Source: Octopus sinensis
Lineage: Eukaryota
NCBI RefSeq assembly: GCF_006345805.1
Contig: NC_043005.1
Coordinates: forward strand, 4,712,001 to 4,776,000
DNA: 64,000 nt
Direction: 5' to 3'
A program made the position numbers and the translations under genes. This document shows, piece after piece, positions 12,831 through 24,199 of this stretch (positions are counted from its first letter, which is position 1; each line of letters starts with the position of its first letter). The notes under the pieces were generated by a model. That model was not told where the DNA came from. It did no database searches and saw only the letters and a list, made by a program, of their open reading frames with translations.

Positions 12831-13477
12831 CGCATGATGGCCATCTCAGGAAAAGATGATAATTTAGGTCAGTTTGTCTTCCTGACATGTTCTGTCAATC
12901 TCACTCAATGAACCTACCTTTGACTTCAGTGACAGCCTCCAGGTAACCTTGGAACCGGCCACAGGCCTTTGTCCCTATTTTCTGTTTTAGGGATGGCCTG
13001 AAGGCCCTGGTAAATCCAGGCCACACAGCCAAGCCTGCACCTATAAAATTATAATGTGCACCTGCAGTGAGACTTGAACCCATAGCCCTCAGATTGACAG
13101 TCTGATGCTGAATTCTGCAGAGAGAATCTAACCCGACCCTCACCAGCAATAATTGATGGAGTACTTATAAGAGATTAACCTCATGGATTCGACTAAATAA
13201 TAAGATTCTTAGATCCAGTACCTGAAGATGGTGAGGGAAGAAAAATTTTAAATGTCACTGGCCTAAATCATAGAAAGCATTTAGGCTGAGAGCAAGAATG
13301 TACATGCTTGTCTGACTTGGTGGAAATAGCAGTTAAATGTTCTTTAAATCATATCAAGGTATCAAAAATTGAAGGACACGTGTGATAATATAGTCCCTGA
13401 TTGCCTATGACAATAAAAAAGACAACACGATTGCAGTCAGATCATACTTTTGCATTAGAATAAAAAACAACAATTAC

Positions 13478-13790
13478 TGGCTGCAAACCTGGGTATTGCC
13501 ACCCGTAATGCAGAGAAGCAGAAGATTAATACAGGAGCCTGACCAGCAGCTGCCGGTTTGTGCCAGTCGCCATGGATACTTCGGGTGTTCTTGGACCCCG
13601 ACACTGATTTCCTTCACAGAATTGGGATAACTACAGCCTGTCTGAGAAATGAGCCCCACAAAGTGAGGTGGCTGTTGCTGGCCAATTCCCTGCAGCAATG
13701 CCTTTGCAATTTTGTCTGAAAGGCGTAGCCAAACGTGCTATTTGTGCCAGGGTGCACAACTCATCACTTCCTCCACCCCCATCTTCTGCT
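13478..13790 (+). mobile_element. Remnant resembling the C-terminal restriction-like endonuclease region of early-branching non-LTR elements
   Basis: Stitched frames read NAEKQK / YRSLTSSCRFVPVAMDTSGVLGP / FLHRIG, similar to the AE..K..KY..L...F.P.A.ET.G motif. Confidence 0.5.
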
Positions 13791-14012
13791 GTTTAATCCC
13801 TGCAACCTTTTTTTCTTTTCCTCTGTTTCGTTGGTGAAGTAATTATGGTGTGTTTGTTCTTGATAATTTTGTCTTTTATACTTTTAATGCTTTCTTCTTT
13901 CTTTTCTTCCTGTAAAAATCTGTTGACATTAAACAAATACACCAGACTAATTATACACAGTAAGTCCGTTGACAGGTGACAAATTGCAGAGAAGTCATTA
14001 CAAGACACTAAC

Positions 14013-14116
14013 CTCTTCAGGCACTCCTTGAGTTCTGGAATAGCACGAAGACATTGTAATGTGGCGTTCATATAACAAGTGTTACCAAGGTTTGATAATC
14101 CTGGGGGAAGTTCTAG
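14013..14116 (-). CDS. USP14: USP14 coding exon 5, catalytic Cys box
   Basis: ctccag|104 nt encoding LELPPGLSNLGNTCYMNATLQCLRAIPELKECLK + AG|gttagt. Contains the USP Cys box GLxNLGNTCYMN. Confidence 0.97.
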
Positions 14117-14190
14117 CTGGAGATGAAGAGAAGAAGAACAGGTTAGGTATGAAGAGCTACAAAAAAATTTTAATGTTTATCATCATTTAA

Positions 14191-14945
14191 CCCTTTCGTT
14201 ACCAAACCGCCCGAAAAAAATTTTGGTTAATGTGACCAAGCCACCTAAAACCACCTGTATTTACTTATTCATATTTAAATGAGAATATCAGAGCAAATCT
14301 CTTTAGTACATTCGTGAAAACACGTGATTATACTTCGTAAACAGTTCATCTACAGTTTTGTACAAAAATCGAAGTGTAATTTTAATTCCGTGAATTTTGG
14401 GAGATTTTTTTCAGAAATTTGTTCCTATTGTGTTTTCAAAATTTGTAATTCTGACAAAAAACGGATACGAATTTCATTATATCAAGTAGCGAGTCAGAAT
14501 TCGAAGGATTTTCTACTGAAGACCTTGATAAATCTAACTCTATGACTGAAAAAAAAAAAGCACGTGGTATTTGATAATGAATCCGATGTTTCCTTTTCCA
14601 AAAATGAAAGCAGTGAATCCGAGAGCTCCGACAGCGATAAAGAAAATGAATTGGCACCTGAATGGAGTGAAAATTTAAAAACTGTTTCTTTCAGTGATTT
14701 TTCTGAAGAAATTGGACCAAGCCACAGTCTTTCCCAGGAGAGTAAAGCCTTAGACTATTTCTTTTTACTTCTTCGAATGAGCCTATTTGAAATCATTACG
14801 GCAGAAACAAACCGTTACGCTAAATGTAAACAAAACAAAAGAAAGGATACTTTGTGGTTTCCCACAACCTTAAATGAAATTAAGACTATTTTGCCATAAA
14901 TATTATTCTGGGTATCAGAAAGTTACCCAGAATAACAAATTCTAT
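14191..14945 (+). mobile_element. piggyBac transposon 5' fragment
   Basis: Left end TTAA|CCCTTTCG. The acidic/Ser-rich N-terminus leads into ..ALDYFFLLLRMSLFEIITAETNRYA..W.PTTLNEIK, a PGBD-type N-terminal region (ORF 14564-14899). Confidence 0.8.
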
Positions 14946-15555
14946 AGTAAAATTTTGTTGTATACCCAATTGAATATTAGCTAATATAGCGATGTTTGAA
15001 CAAAATTTTAATAATTTTATATTTTGTTGAATTTACCTGATCATTCTTCATCCCCCTTTTTTTTTTAACTCATTGCATTGATGATATGCAGTTAAATCAC
15101 ATCAAAGATCAGTCAAATTCTTTTGGATTTCTGCCTCAACTTGAATGGACAACCCTTCAGATGAATTCTAAATCCAATCTGGAATATTGTGGTTTAAAAG
15201 ATGATCAACCCTTTTAACATTCATATTGCTCTGTCAAATATAATGCTTATTTATTCACATTGATTTGAATTAATTAAGCATTATCTTGTAGCTTTGAGAT
15301 TTCGATGACACAATTGTTTATTTTTAGAATGATAATGTAGGGCAGGTGTAAGAGGCCAGATCTAGCATCTTGGCTTTTACAATGACAAAGATGGTTAGTT
15401 TTGGGGAAGCACAATGGGTAACAACACAGTGTGAGACCAAGTCCATCCGATGCCAATTTGGAAAAACAAACATAAAATGATAAAGATGATACCACACGAA
15501 AAAGGAGGTGATGTATTTAGAGAGAATGAAGAAAATGAAACAGGGTTCAACTTAC

Positions 15556-15660
15556 TGCTGTAGCCAGTTCCTGTTCATTCATGTCTTCAAGGAATACGGT
15601 CTTCTCTGTTGGTTCAGCAGGCAAGGCTTCAGCAGACCCCATCATCAAAAAAGTAATCCC
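15556..15660 (-). CDS. USP14: USP14 coding exon 4
   Basis: ttcag|105 nt encoding GITFLMMGSAEALPAEPTEKTVFLEDMNEQELATA|gtaag. This matches the end of the USP14 UBL and the linker. Confidence 0.96.
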
Positions 15661-16289
15661 CTGAAGTAGAGACAAGATTATGAAACAGGGTTACATGGAA
15701 AGTTTGTTATTTGAATTAGTTCAGTTCTAATTATACAGAAGCAACTAATCCGACACTCAATGTTGACTGAACAAATTTGTTAGACACAATCCAAAGATGT
15801 TTAGTTCAGAGTCTGATCACCAAAAGCTGGATATTGGTTATGGCCATGCTGTTATCTTCCTGATGACAACAATAAACAATTTAACTAATGCAAAGTGCAA
15901 CTGAATGCAAGAAACAGAAATCTACTTGAAATATTCAAGGGACAAACATTAACCCTTCTGATACAAACTCACCTGTGGTTCAACGATACAACTTCTTTAT
16001 CTCTCACTGTTCGTTGTGTTCTTTTAATCATTGCCGGCCCCCAAACCTAATGTGTGCACTCTTTCTGCACCTCTTCTATTAACTCTCATTTACTCTCTCT
16101 CTAAACACAATGCAAAGCACGACTGGAGAAATCAATCAACATTTATGTCAGCTGTTATTGTATATATCAGATTTGAGGCATTCGCATCTAGAGCTTGCAT
16201 GTGAATTTAGTCTGCATTTCAAGAAGTTTCTCACTACAGGTAAATATTAGATATAATGTAGAAAAGGTGTAGGTAGAAACTCCATATAA

Positions 16290-17573
16290 TATACCCGGTG
16301 TAAGCTATGGACACATAAGAGGTGCAGCATAATCAGAGGAAGGTTAACCGGGAAGATAGCTTTTGTGCATGGCAGATGCACAGGGGCAATAAACACCGAA
16401 GATGTACAGAAAACAGATTCTATCACATGCCAGGGGAAGAAACTAGAAGTAGTTGATAGCTTCCGTTACCTAGGTGACCAAGTCTGTGGTGGGGGTGGAT
16501 GCTCTGAGAGTGTAGCTGCTTGAATAAAAGTAGCTGGGGCAAAGTTCAGAGAGCTCCTACTTCTGCTGGTAACAAAGGGCCTCTTGCTCAGAGTGAAAGG
16601 TAGACTGTATGATGCCTGTGTGCAAACAGCCGTGCTACACAGCAGTGAAACATGGGCTGTGACCAAAGAGGACATGCGTAGGCTTGAAAGAAATGAAGCT
16701 AGTATGCTTTGTTGGATGTACAGTGTCAGTGTCCATGCATGACAGAGTGTAAGCATCCTGAGAGAACAGTTGGGTATAAGAGGCATCAGATGTGGTGTGC
16801 AAGAGAGACGACTGCGCTGGCATAGTCATGCAATGCATATGGACGAGGACAGCTGTGTGAAGAAGTGTTGCACTCTAATGGTGGAGGGGACCTGTGGAAG
16901 AAGTTGACCCAATAAGAGATGGGATGAAGTGGTGAAGCACAACCTTCAAACATTGAGCCTCACAGAGGTAATGACAAGAGACTGGGACCTTTGGAGATAT
17001 GATGTGAATGAGAAGACCCAGCAAGCGAGATCACAGTGTCATGTAACCAGCCCATTTAAAAGTACCCTTGAATCGTCAGGTGATACACTGAGCTTGAGAA
17101 GACCTGTTGAGTCAAGTGAAATTGAAATCAAAACAGAAATCATAGTTGTAGCCAATGCTAGTGTCACCTGACTGGCACCTGTGTTGATGGCATGTAATAA
17201 GCACCATTCAAGTGTGGGTCAATGTCAGTGTCACCTGACTGGCTCCCTGTGCCAGTGGCACATGAAAAGCACCATCGAACGTGGTGGATGTCAGTGTTCC
17301 CCTAACCCTGACGTGTTCTTGTGCTGGTGGCACATAAAAAGAACCATCCAAATGTGGTCAATGCCAGTGCCGCCTGACTGGCTCCCATGCAGATGGCACG
17401 TAAAAAGCACCCACTACACTCTCAGAGTGGTTGGCGTTAGGAAGGGCATTCAGCTGCAGAAACCCTGCCTGATCAGGTTGGAGCCTGGTGAAGCCTACTG
17501 TCTTGCCAGTCCTCAGTCAAACCATCCAACCCATGCCAGCATGGAGAACAAATATTAAACGATGATGATGATG
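16290..17573 (+). mobile_element. RTE LINE 3' fragment with repeat-containing 3' UTR and (GAT)n tail
   Basis: Degenerate FRYLGD...WAKFRELLP..VLHSSETW frames are followed by ~60-bp tandem units and a GATGATGATG tail. Confidence 0.85.
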
Positions 17574-17854
17574 AGTGCCAGAATAATTAAATTTCAGAAG
17601 CATACCAGCCAGGCAAGTGATCTAATCTGTATGTTGAATGTAAAGCAATTACAATGTAAAGTAAAACCATGTCAGTGACCAGGTTGCAGTTGGTGTGGAG
17701 ATAATTTTGACACCAAATCAAATGAAGGTTTAAGCCAAGTGAAGTGAATGTTTTTGAATGGCTAAAGGCTTTCCAATTATAATTTTCATAATTCTTATAA
17801 TCATCTTTTTATCTTTATTTTTAAAATTAAATTACCAAAATAAGTCCAACTTAC

Positions 17855-17887
17855 ATCTTTCAGTTTCACATTTCCCCAGTCTTCATC
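17855..17887 (-). CDS. USP14: USP14 coding exon 3
   Basis: A poly-T tract and ctccag acceptor precede 33 nt encoding DEDWGNVKLKD, followed by a gtaagt donor. Phase 0-0. Confidence 0.93.
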
Positions 17888-18231
17888 CTGGAGTGAAAAA
17901 AAAAAAAAAAAAAGATTGAAAAAATTCACAGCATTAAGAAAAAGGATGTTTAGGAAACAAGAGTGCTTTTAAGAAATCAATCAACCTCCTTAATGTAAAT
18001 GTAAAATCTTGCTCAGCAAACTCCAGTTTTACTTTAGAAAAAGGAACCACCACAAATATCAGGGTCTAAATCTTTAGAGTAGAACCCACAATGAGGATAG
18101 GAGAGCAATAATGCTTTCAGTGTTCCTTTCAATCAGTTAAGCTACTTTTTGTCTCAGGGTTGATCAAACAGAACTGATTAGAACTATTCAGTTACACTGT
18201 CATTATATATATATATATGTGTGTGTGTGGA

Positions 18232-18495
18232 GGCGCAATGGCCAAGTGGTTAGGGCAGCGGACTCGCGGTTGTAGGATCGCGGGTGTTGTGAGTGTTTAT
18301 TGAGCGAAAACACCTAAAGCTCCACAAGGCTCTGGCAGGGGGTGTTGGCAATCCCTGCTGTACTCTTTCGCCACAACTTTCTCTCACTCTTTCTTCTGTT
18401 GGCCTGCTCGCATCATTTGAAGGCTAAAACAACGCGGAGCGCATGGTGACCAGTGATGTGTAGCAACATCTGATAGCTTGGTCGGTCACGGTGAT
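18232..18495 (+). repeat. Third tRNA-headed SINE, internally deleted
   Basis: ggcgcaatggccaagtggttagggcagcggactcgcgg is a tRNA 5' half with an A box. The B box/T arm is missing, and a non-tRNA body ends in a TA repeat. Confidence 0.6.
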
Positions 18496-19484
18496 ATATA
18501 TATATATATAAATATATTTACTAAGGGAAACATCACCCTCCATGGAGCTTTTCTATACTTGCAGTGTGATAGATTTCCTACAACTGTATGCCTTTCCTGT
18601 CTCCAATCTGAGGTAAGTAATATTTTCCCCTGAACAGACATGTTTTTCATGGAAGACTGGAAATGAATGACATCACTTGTATGACAGTGACACTCATACA
18701 ATAGGCTTTTTCAGTTTCTATTTATCAAACCCACTTGTAAAGCTTTGTTCAGCTTGGAACATAAAAGATATTGGCCCAAACTGCCACACAGCAGGCGTGA
18801 ACCCCAAATCATGTGGTCATAAGGTCTTGAACTCAAGGCCTTATGATTGTGAACACAAAACACTTTAGTGTGGATGTGATGTAAATAAATAGCACAAACT
18901 AACAATAACATTTTTCTCCTCCGTTGTCAAAAGTTTTGGACGTGAAGTTTTTTCAGCACATAGAAAGAAATCAAATTTGATGACTGGCATCCGTGCTAGT
19001 GGAGCGCTAAGAGTACCATACGAGTGAGATTGGGGCCAGAGCAACAAGCTGGCCTCCGTGCCAATGGCACATTAAAAACACCATTCAAGTGTCATCGTTA
19101 CCTGTGTTACCTTACTAGCACTTGTGCAGATGGCACGTGAAAAAACATTCGAGCATGGTCGTTGCCAGTGCCGCTGGACTGGCTCCTGTGCAGGTGGCAC
19201 ATAAAAAGAACCATTTGAGTGTGGTCGTTGCCAGTACCACTTGACTGGCCCTCATGCCGGTGGCACGTAAAAGCACCCACTACACTCTTGGAGTGGTTGT
19301 CATTAGGAAGGGCATCCAGCTGTAGAAACACTGCCAGATCAGACTGGAGTCTGGTGCAGCCATCTGGTTCGCCAGACCTCAGTCAAATCGTCCAACCTAT
19401 GCCAGCATGGAAAGCAGACGTTAAACAATGATGATGATTCATTCATTTATTACCATCATGTCAAGATCTTAAGATACTGAAAGT

Positions 19485-20230
19485 ATTTCAGAAAGTCATT
19501 GACAACTCTTACAAATGAATTCTGCACTACTGTTTCAATGCAATTCATTGAATTTAGAAAGTTCCCATCTTTCAGTTTTCTGATTCGAAGCCCATCAAAT
19601 ACTCTAGCTTTTATCTTTTCACTGCTCATACCAGGAAATCTGCTGCAGATCTAGTGAAAGCATGGTCCATCTTTATCTAGATCTTTAACAAATTGTTTCA
19701 TAATGCCAAGTTTGGTATGGAGTGGAGGTAGGATGATTTTTCCCCAGTTGAACAAAAGGCTCTTCAACCACATTAAAATAGTCCGGAACTAATATTCGCT
19801 GTGGTTCTTCTTTCATCACCCAATGTTTTCCCTGGTTCTACTGTCCCACAAACAAAAAAGGGCAAGGATATTTGGTGTATCTATCTATTTTATTGTCCCA
19901 GGAGAAAATCGACCATATTAAAGTACACACACATCATCCACTGATGACAGGGGGATTTGGGTATCTTGAAATCTAGATGTGACAGTAAAAAATGTATTCC
20001 ATTTTGGGATTCAGCATAACCTTGAATTAAGCATAAATGTCCTAACAAAATACCTGTTGTGTTGTGTAATCGATGATAAACAACAGGTGTGCTGCTGTTT
20101 TATAGTCACAAAATCACACTGAGTATAAATTTTTCATTCAGTTTATTTAACCAGAAATACAATGTATACAATTAAACAACAGTTGAATAAATAACAGCAT
20201 TTGAGAATTAAATAAAAGATCACTTGGTGA
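19485..20230 (-). mobile_element. Decayed DNA transposase, probably Chapaev3/Transib-related
   Basis: Manual minus-strand translation gives HQWMMCVYFNMVDFLLGQ..YTKYPC...HWVMKE and KIILPPLHTKLGIMKQFVKDLDKDGPCF..FPGMSSEKIKARVFDG.RIRKL. The superfamily assignment is from recollection of the LPPLHIKLGLMKQFVK motif. Confidence 0.65.
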
Positions 20231-21025
20231 CTGCAGTCGGCTGAAATACATCACAAAAACTTATTGAGGAAAGAAGAAAGACTTTTCATGACATTTACCA
20301 ACATAATTCCATGAGATATCTTCAAGCATTATCAATATTTGGTACATGAATTGAGAAGCCATTACACAGAGTAAACTGAAATAACGTCCCATAGAATCTG
20401 ATAGCTCACTTTTTAGTTAGATTTGTCCGTCTTTTTATATATCATTGGCAAAAAAGTTCAAGAACATTCTATAAACCATTTGGTGAGAAGATTTCAAGCT
20501 CACCAGTCAATCTGATTGGTTGAGCCACAATCGTGAACTTAGAGCCTTTTATGGCAGCCATGGTTTGAAGCTGGGAAATATGTGATGGATCAAAACACAG
20601 GCTCATCTTGTGATTGTGAACACAAAACACTTTAGTGTGGATGTGATGTAAATAAATAGCACAAACCAACAATAAAATTTTTTTCCTCTGTTGTCAAAAG
20701 TTTTGGACGTGGAGTTTTTCAGCACATAGAAAGAAATCAAATTCGATGACTGGCATCCGTGCTAGTGAAGCACTAAGAATACCATACGAGTGAGATCGTT
20801 GCCAGAGCAACAAGCTGACCAGAACACTCTTCCTGTATTTATACTCTTCTGATCGATCAAAACACAGGCTCATCTTGTTACAATCTTAACTGCTCAGCTA
20901 TACTAAGCTTTCAGTTTTACAAATCAGAAATAATGTCTTGTTTTGTTTACAAGAAAAAGAAGGAAAAAGCAAACAGCCAAAACAGAAACGGTCAGTAATA
21001 GACTGAGATATATGTAGAGACCAAC

Positions 21026-21171
21026 CTTGAGGATAACTCCTTTTGTTAGTACTTTCTGCCGACTTGGTTGTACACCGGTGAGGGCAAACAGCTGAGCTTT
21101 GAACTGGATAGGGGTCTCATCAGCATCACATTCAATATCATTGAATTTTTCCTTTCCCCATTTCACATGAA
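21026..21171 (-). CDS. USP14: USP14 coding exon 2, ubiquitin-like domain
   Basis: ttccag|TT CAT GTG AAA TGG...ATC CTC AAG|gttggt, 146 nt, encoding HVKWGKEKFNDIECDADETPIQFKAQLFALTGVQPSRQKVLTKGVILK, the USP14 UBL domain. Confidence 0.96.
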
Positions 21172-21746
21172 CTGGAAACAAAAACAACAATACAAATTAT
21201 TATAATCCATAATTTTCTAAAACACAAATTAAGAAACAAATATGTAAGAGTCCAAATGACATTTACAAGGAAATCCAACAAAAGTAGAAGTTTTACATAT
21301 TCTTATTTTGCTGTAGATTTTTTTCTTTTTTCTTACCTGACTTAAGTGAAATTAGAAAAACTGAAATGACTCAAATCAATGAAGAAAACAATATTATCAT
21401 TAACGAATCTACAAGAAACAGCAGCTAAATCTCCCTTAAATCACACCCGACATTACATGATGGAGTTTTAAATATACTGCATCTGAAAAAGAGACTGGTC
21501 ATGGCTGGCCTGGGGCTACACAACAGTCACATGTCTCTAGTGTGCTCTTTTTATCAATAAAAACTACTTCCCAACTACAAGGTTTCAGGTTCCGTCTAGC
21601 TGCATGGCACCTTAGGCAAGTGTCTTCTACTACAGGTATGGGTTCAATGCCCAACACATACCAATACCCATTTTTTCCCCATCAGGGGGTTTATATTCCC
21701 TAATACAAAAATTTTCACTTATCACTGTTTCTTAACTAACAATATA

Positions 21747-23070
21747 CAGTGATCCTCAAAATTATTCATACCCCATGGAAACTGACATTTTTTTTTTTTT
21801 AGATTCTTCATTTGTAAAAACTGTTACGTTGGTACTTCCTGTGAATCTTTCATCAACCTGTTGCTATGCACAAATCCCCATATGAGTTGGCTAAACTTCA
21901 TTTGCATAATAACAGATATGACCTAAAGTTCTTTTTTGCACATGTTCAGAATTATTCACACCCCTGTTTTCACTTCCTGTGAATATGCTAATCTTTGTCC
22001 CATAGTTATTTCCAGAAGAGTATAAATACAGGAAGAGTGTTCTGGTCATACTCAGTTTCTGATCATCATGGCCAACAAGAAGGCGCTCAGTGAGGACCCA
22101 TGTCAACGTTTTGTGCAGTGGAGGAAAGGGTTACAAAACCATTTCAAAGCAGTAGGATGTGGCAACCGTCCAGAGCATAATCAACAAGCACAAGAGATTC
22201 AACAGTTAAAAACCTCAGTGGGTGTGGCAGGAAGCATATCCCCTCCAAACTTGCCAGGAAAATCTGCCGAGAGGTCAACACCAACACCTGGACCACAACC
22301 AAAGCCTTAATTGAAACATTTGACCAGGCTGGGATGAAGGTGTCATGGTCACCATTGAGCGAATCTTGCACAGAGGCAGTCTCCACGGATGTAGGCCTTG
22401 GAAGATGCCACTGCTCAGGAAGAAACATCTGGGGGCTTGCTTGACCTTTGCTAGAGGTCATCCGAAGCAAGATCCCAGCTTTTGGTCAACCATCCTGTGG
22501 TCTGATGAAATGAAGTTGGAGTTATTTGGCCATATGGATGCCGAATATGTCTGAAGAAAGGAGAAGCATACAAACCGAAGAACACTGTGTCCACTGTCAA
22601 GCATAGTGGTGGAGACAGAATGCCAAAGGGATGCTTCTCTTCCAGTGGCACGAGGGACCTTGTCAAGGTCCAAGGAATCATGAGAAAGGAGGATTATATC
22701 TGGATCATTGATGAAAATGTGAAGGAATCTGCTGAGAAACTCCAACTCAGCCACAACTGGAAGTACCAGCAGGACAATGATCCAAAACATACCGTCAGGG
22801 TAGTAAAGACAATGTTGACATTCAAGGACAATGGTGTCAACATCCTAGAATGGCCAAGTTAGAGTCCTGACCAGAATCTAATCAAGAACTTGTGGTGGGA
22901 CTTGAAGACCAGAGTGACGGCTAAGAAACCAACCAACCTGACCCAGCTTGAGGCTTTCGCCAAAAAAGAGTGGGTAACATCCCACAGGAGACATGCAGGA
23001 AGCTTGTGGACACATACAAGAATCGTCTAGAAGCAGTCATAAAAAACAAAGGCTATGCTATTGACCATTA
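21747..23070 (+). mobile_element. Tc1-family transposon remnant, right end missing, in USP14 intron 1
   Basis: Left end TA|CAGTGATCCTCAAAATTATTCATACCCC, with an inner repeat ATTATTCACACCCC near 21951. Transposase fragments ILWSDE, TVKHSGG, QQDNDPKHT and SPDQNLIKNLW (catalytic E appears as K) contain stops and frameshifts. Confidence 0.9.
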
Positions 23071-24199
23071 AAGAAAGACATTGGATCACCATCAAGGGCA
23101 TCATCAACAATATCATCATTTAATGTCCCCTTTCCATGAATTGGAGAGATAACCACAATTTGAGTCATTTCTATATGAGAGCCTCTACTTCTCTGTGTGT
23201 CATCTGGCTTGGTTTCTCTAACTGGATGCCTTTCCTATCACCAACCACTTTACCATGTGTACTGGGTGCATTTTCTCATGGCACCAACACCAGAGAGGTT
23301 GACTAGTCCTTGGCACTTTCTCTGCTCATTTAAGTAAATTACTACCACTTGTACTTGTAGCAGCATTCACCCAGAGTGGGTAAAGCCAGCTCTGACCAAC
23401 AAGTTCATCACACCCCTCATGAAAGCTGACCACATCCAACAAGCCAACATCCTAATGTTCCAGCAGGCAAAGTAATGCTTCTGCCTGCAGCCCAAAATTC
23501 CAGTTTGCAGATTTAACAACTGCCCCATTAGAAGAGCAAGCACATCCGATAGCATGGATATTGTAAACATCATTCACTGCTGAGGTGTAGAGTTCCTGTT
23601 CATGGTGGGGAGGGGTAGACTGTCACACAGGAAATGTAGAGTCCTCAGTAACTTAGAGGATGTAGACCAAAGTAGGAAAGAAGAGGGAATGAAGACAGCA
23701 GAAAGGTGAGATGTGGTGATTAGTTGAGGAGGAGGGGGAGAAGGATGTGAGTGTAGTTGTAGAGAGTACTCAATAAACTAGGATATGTTTAGGTGACCAA
23801 GGAGGGGGATAGGAGAGTGGAAGGAACAAGAGTATGATGGGAAGAAGATAACGGTATGGAGGAGCAGTGTCAGGAAGGGGAGGGATTGGCAATAGCCAAG
23901 GTGTTGAGAAAAAATAAAGCAGAATATGACGGAAAAAAAGGCAAGATTATTTGGGGTGGAGATGATGGGTGGAAGTGATTGAGAAAGTAAAGTTTATCTA
24001 CAACAACAAAAAATGGTGATGCAAGCTATTAAATGTTTTCTTTCTGAGTCCCCCAAGATACTACACTGTGCAAATAGGGGAATATAGAAAACATTCATCA
24101 ATGGTAGAAACCCTTTAGTATTTAAACTGGTCATATCTGGCCTAAATATTCCTTTTCATGTTCAGAGTAGCCTGATTCAGCCTCTCACACCTGTCCTGT

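Noticed and set aside
18232-18290. Possible tRNA gene
   Set aside because: Only the 5' half and A box are present, with no T arm or 3' acceptor strand; it continues into a SINE body.
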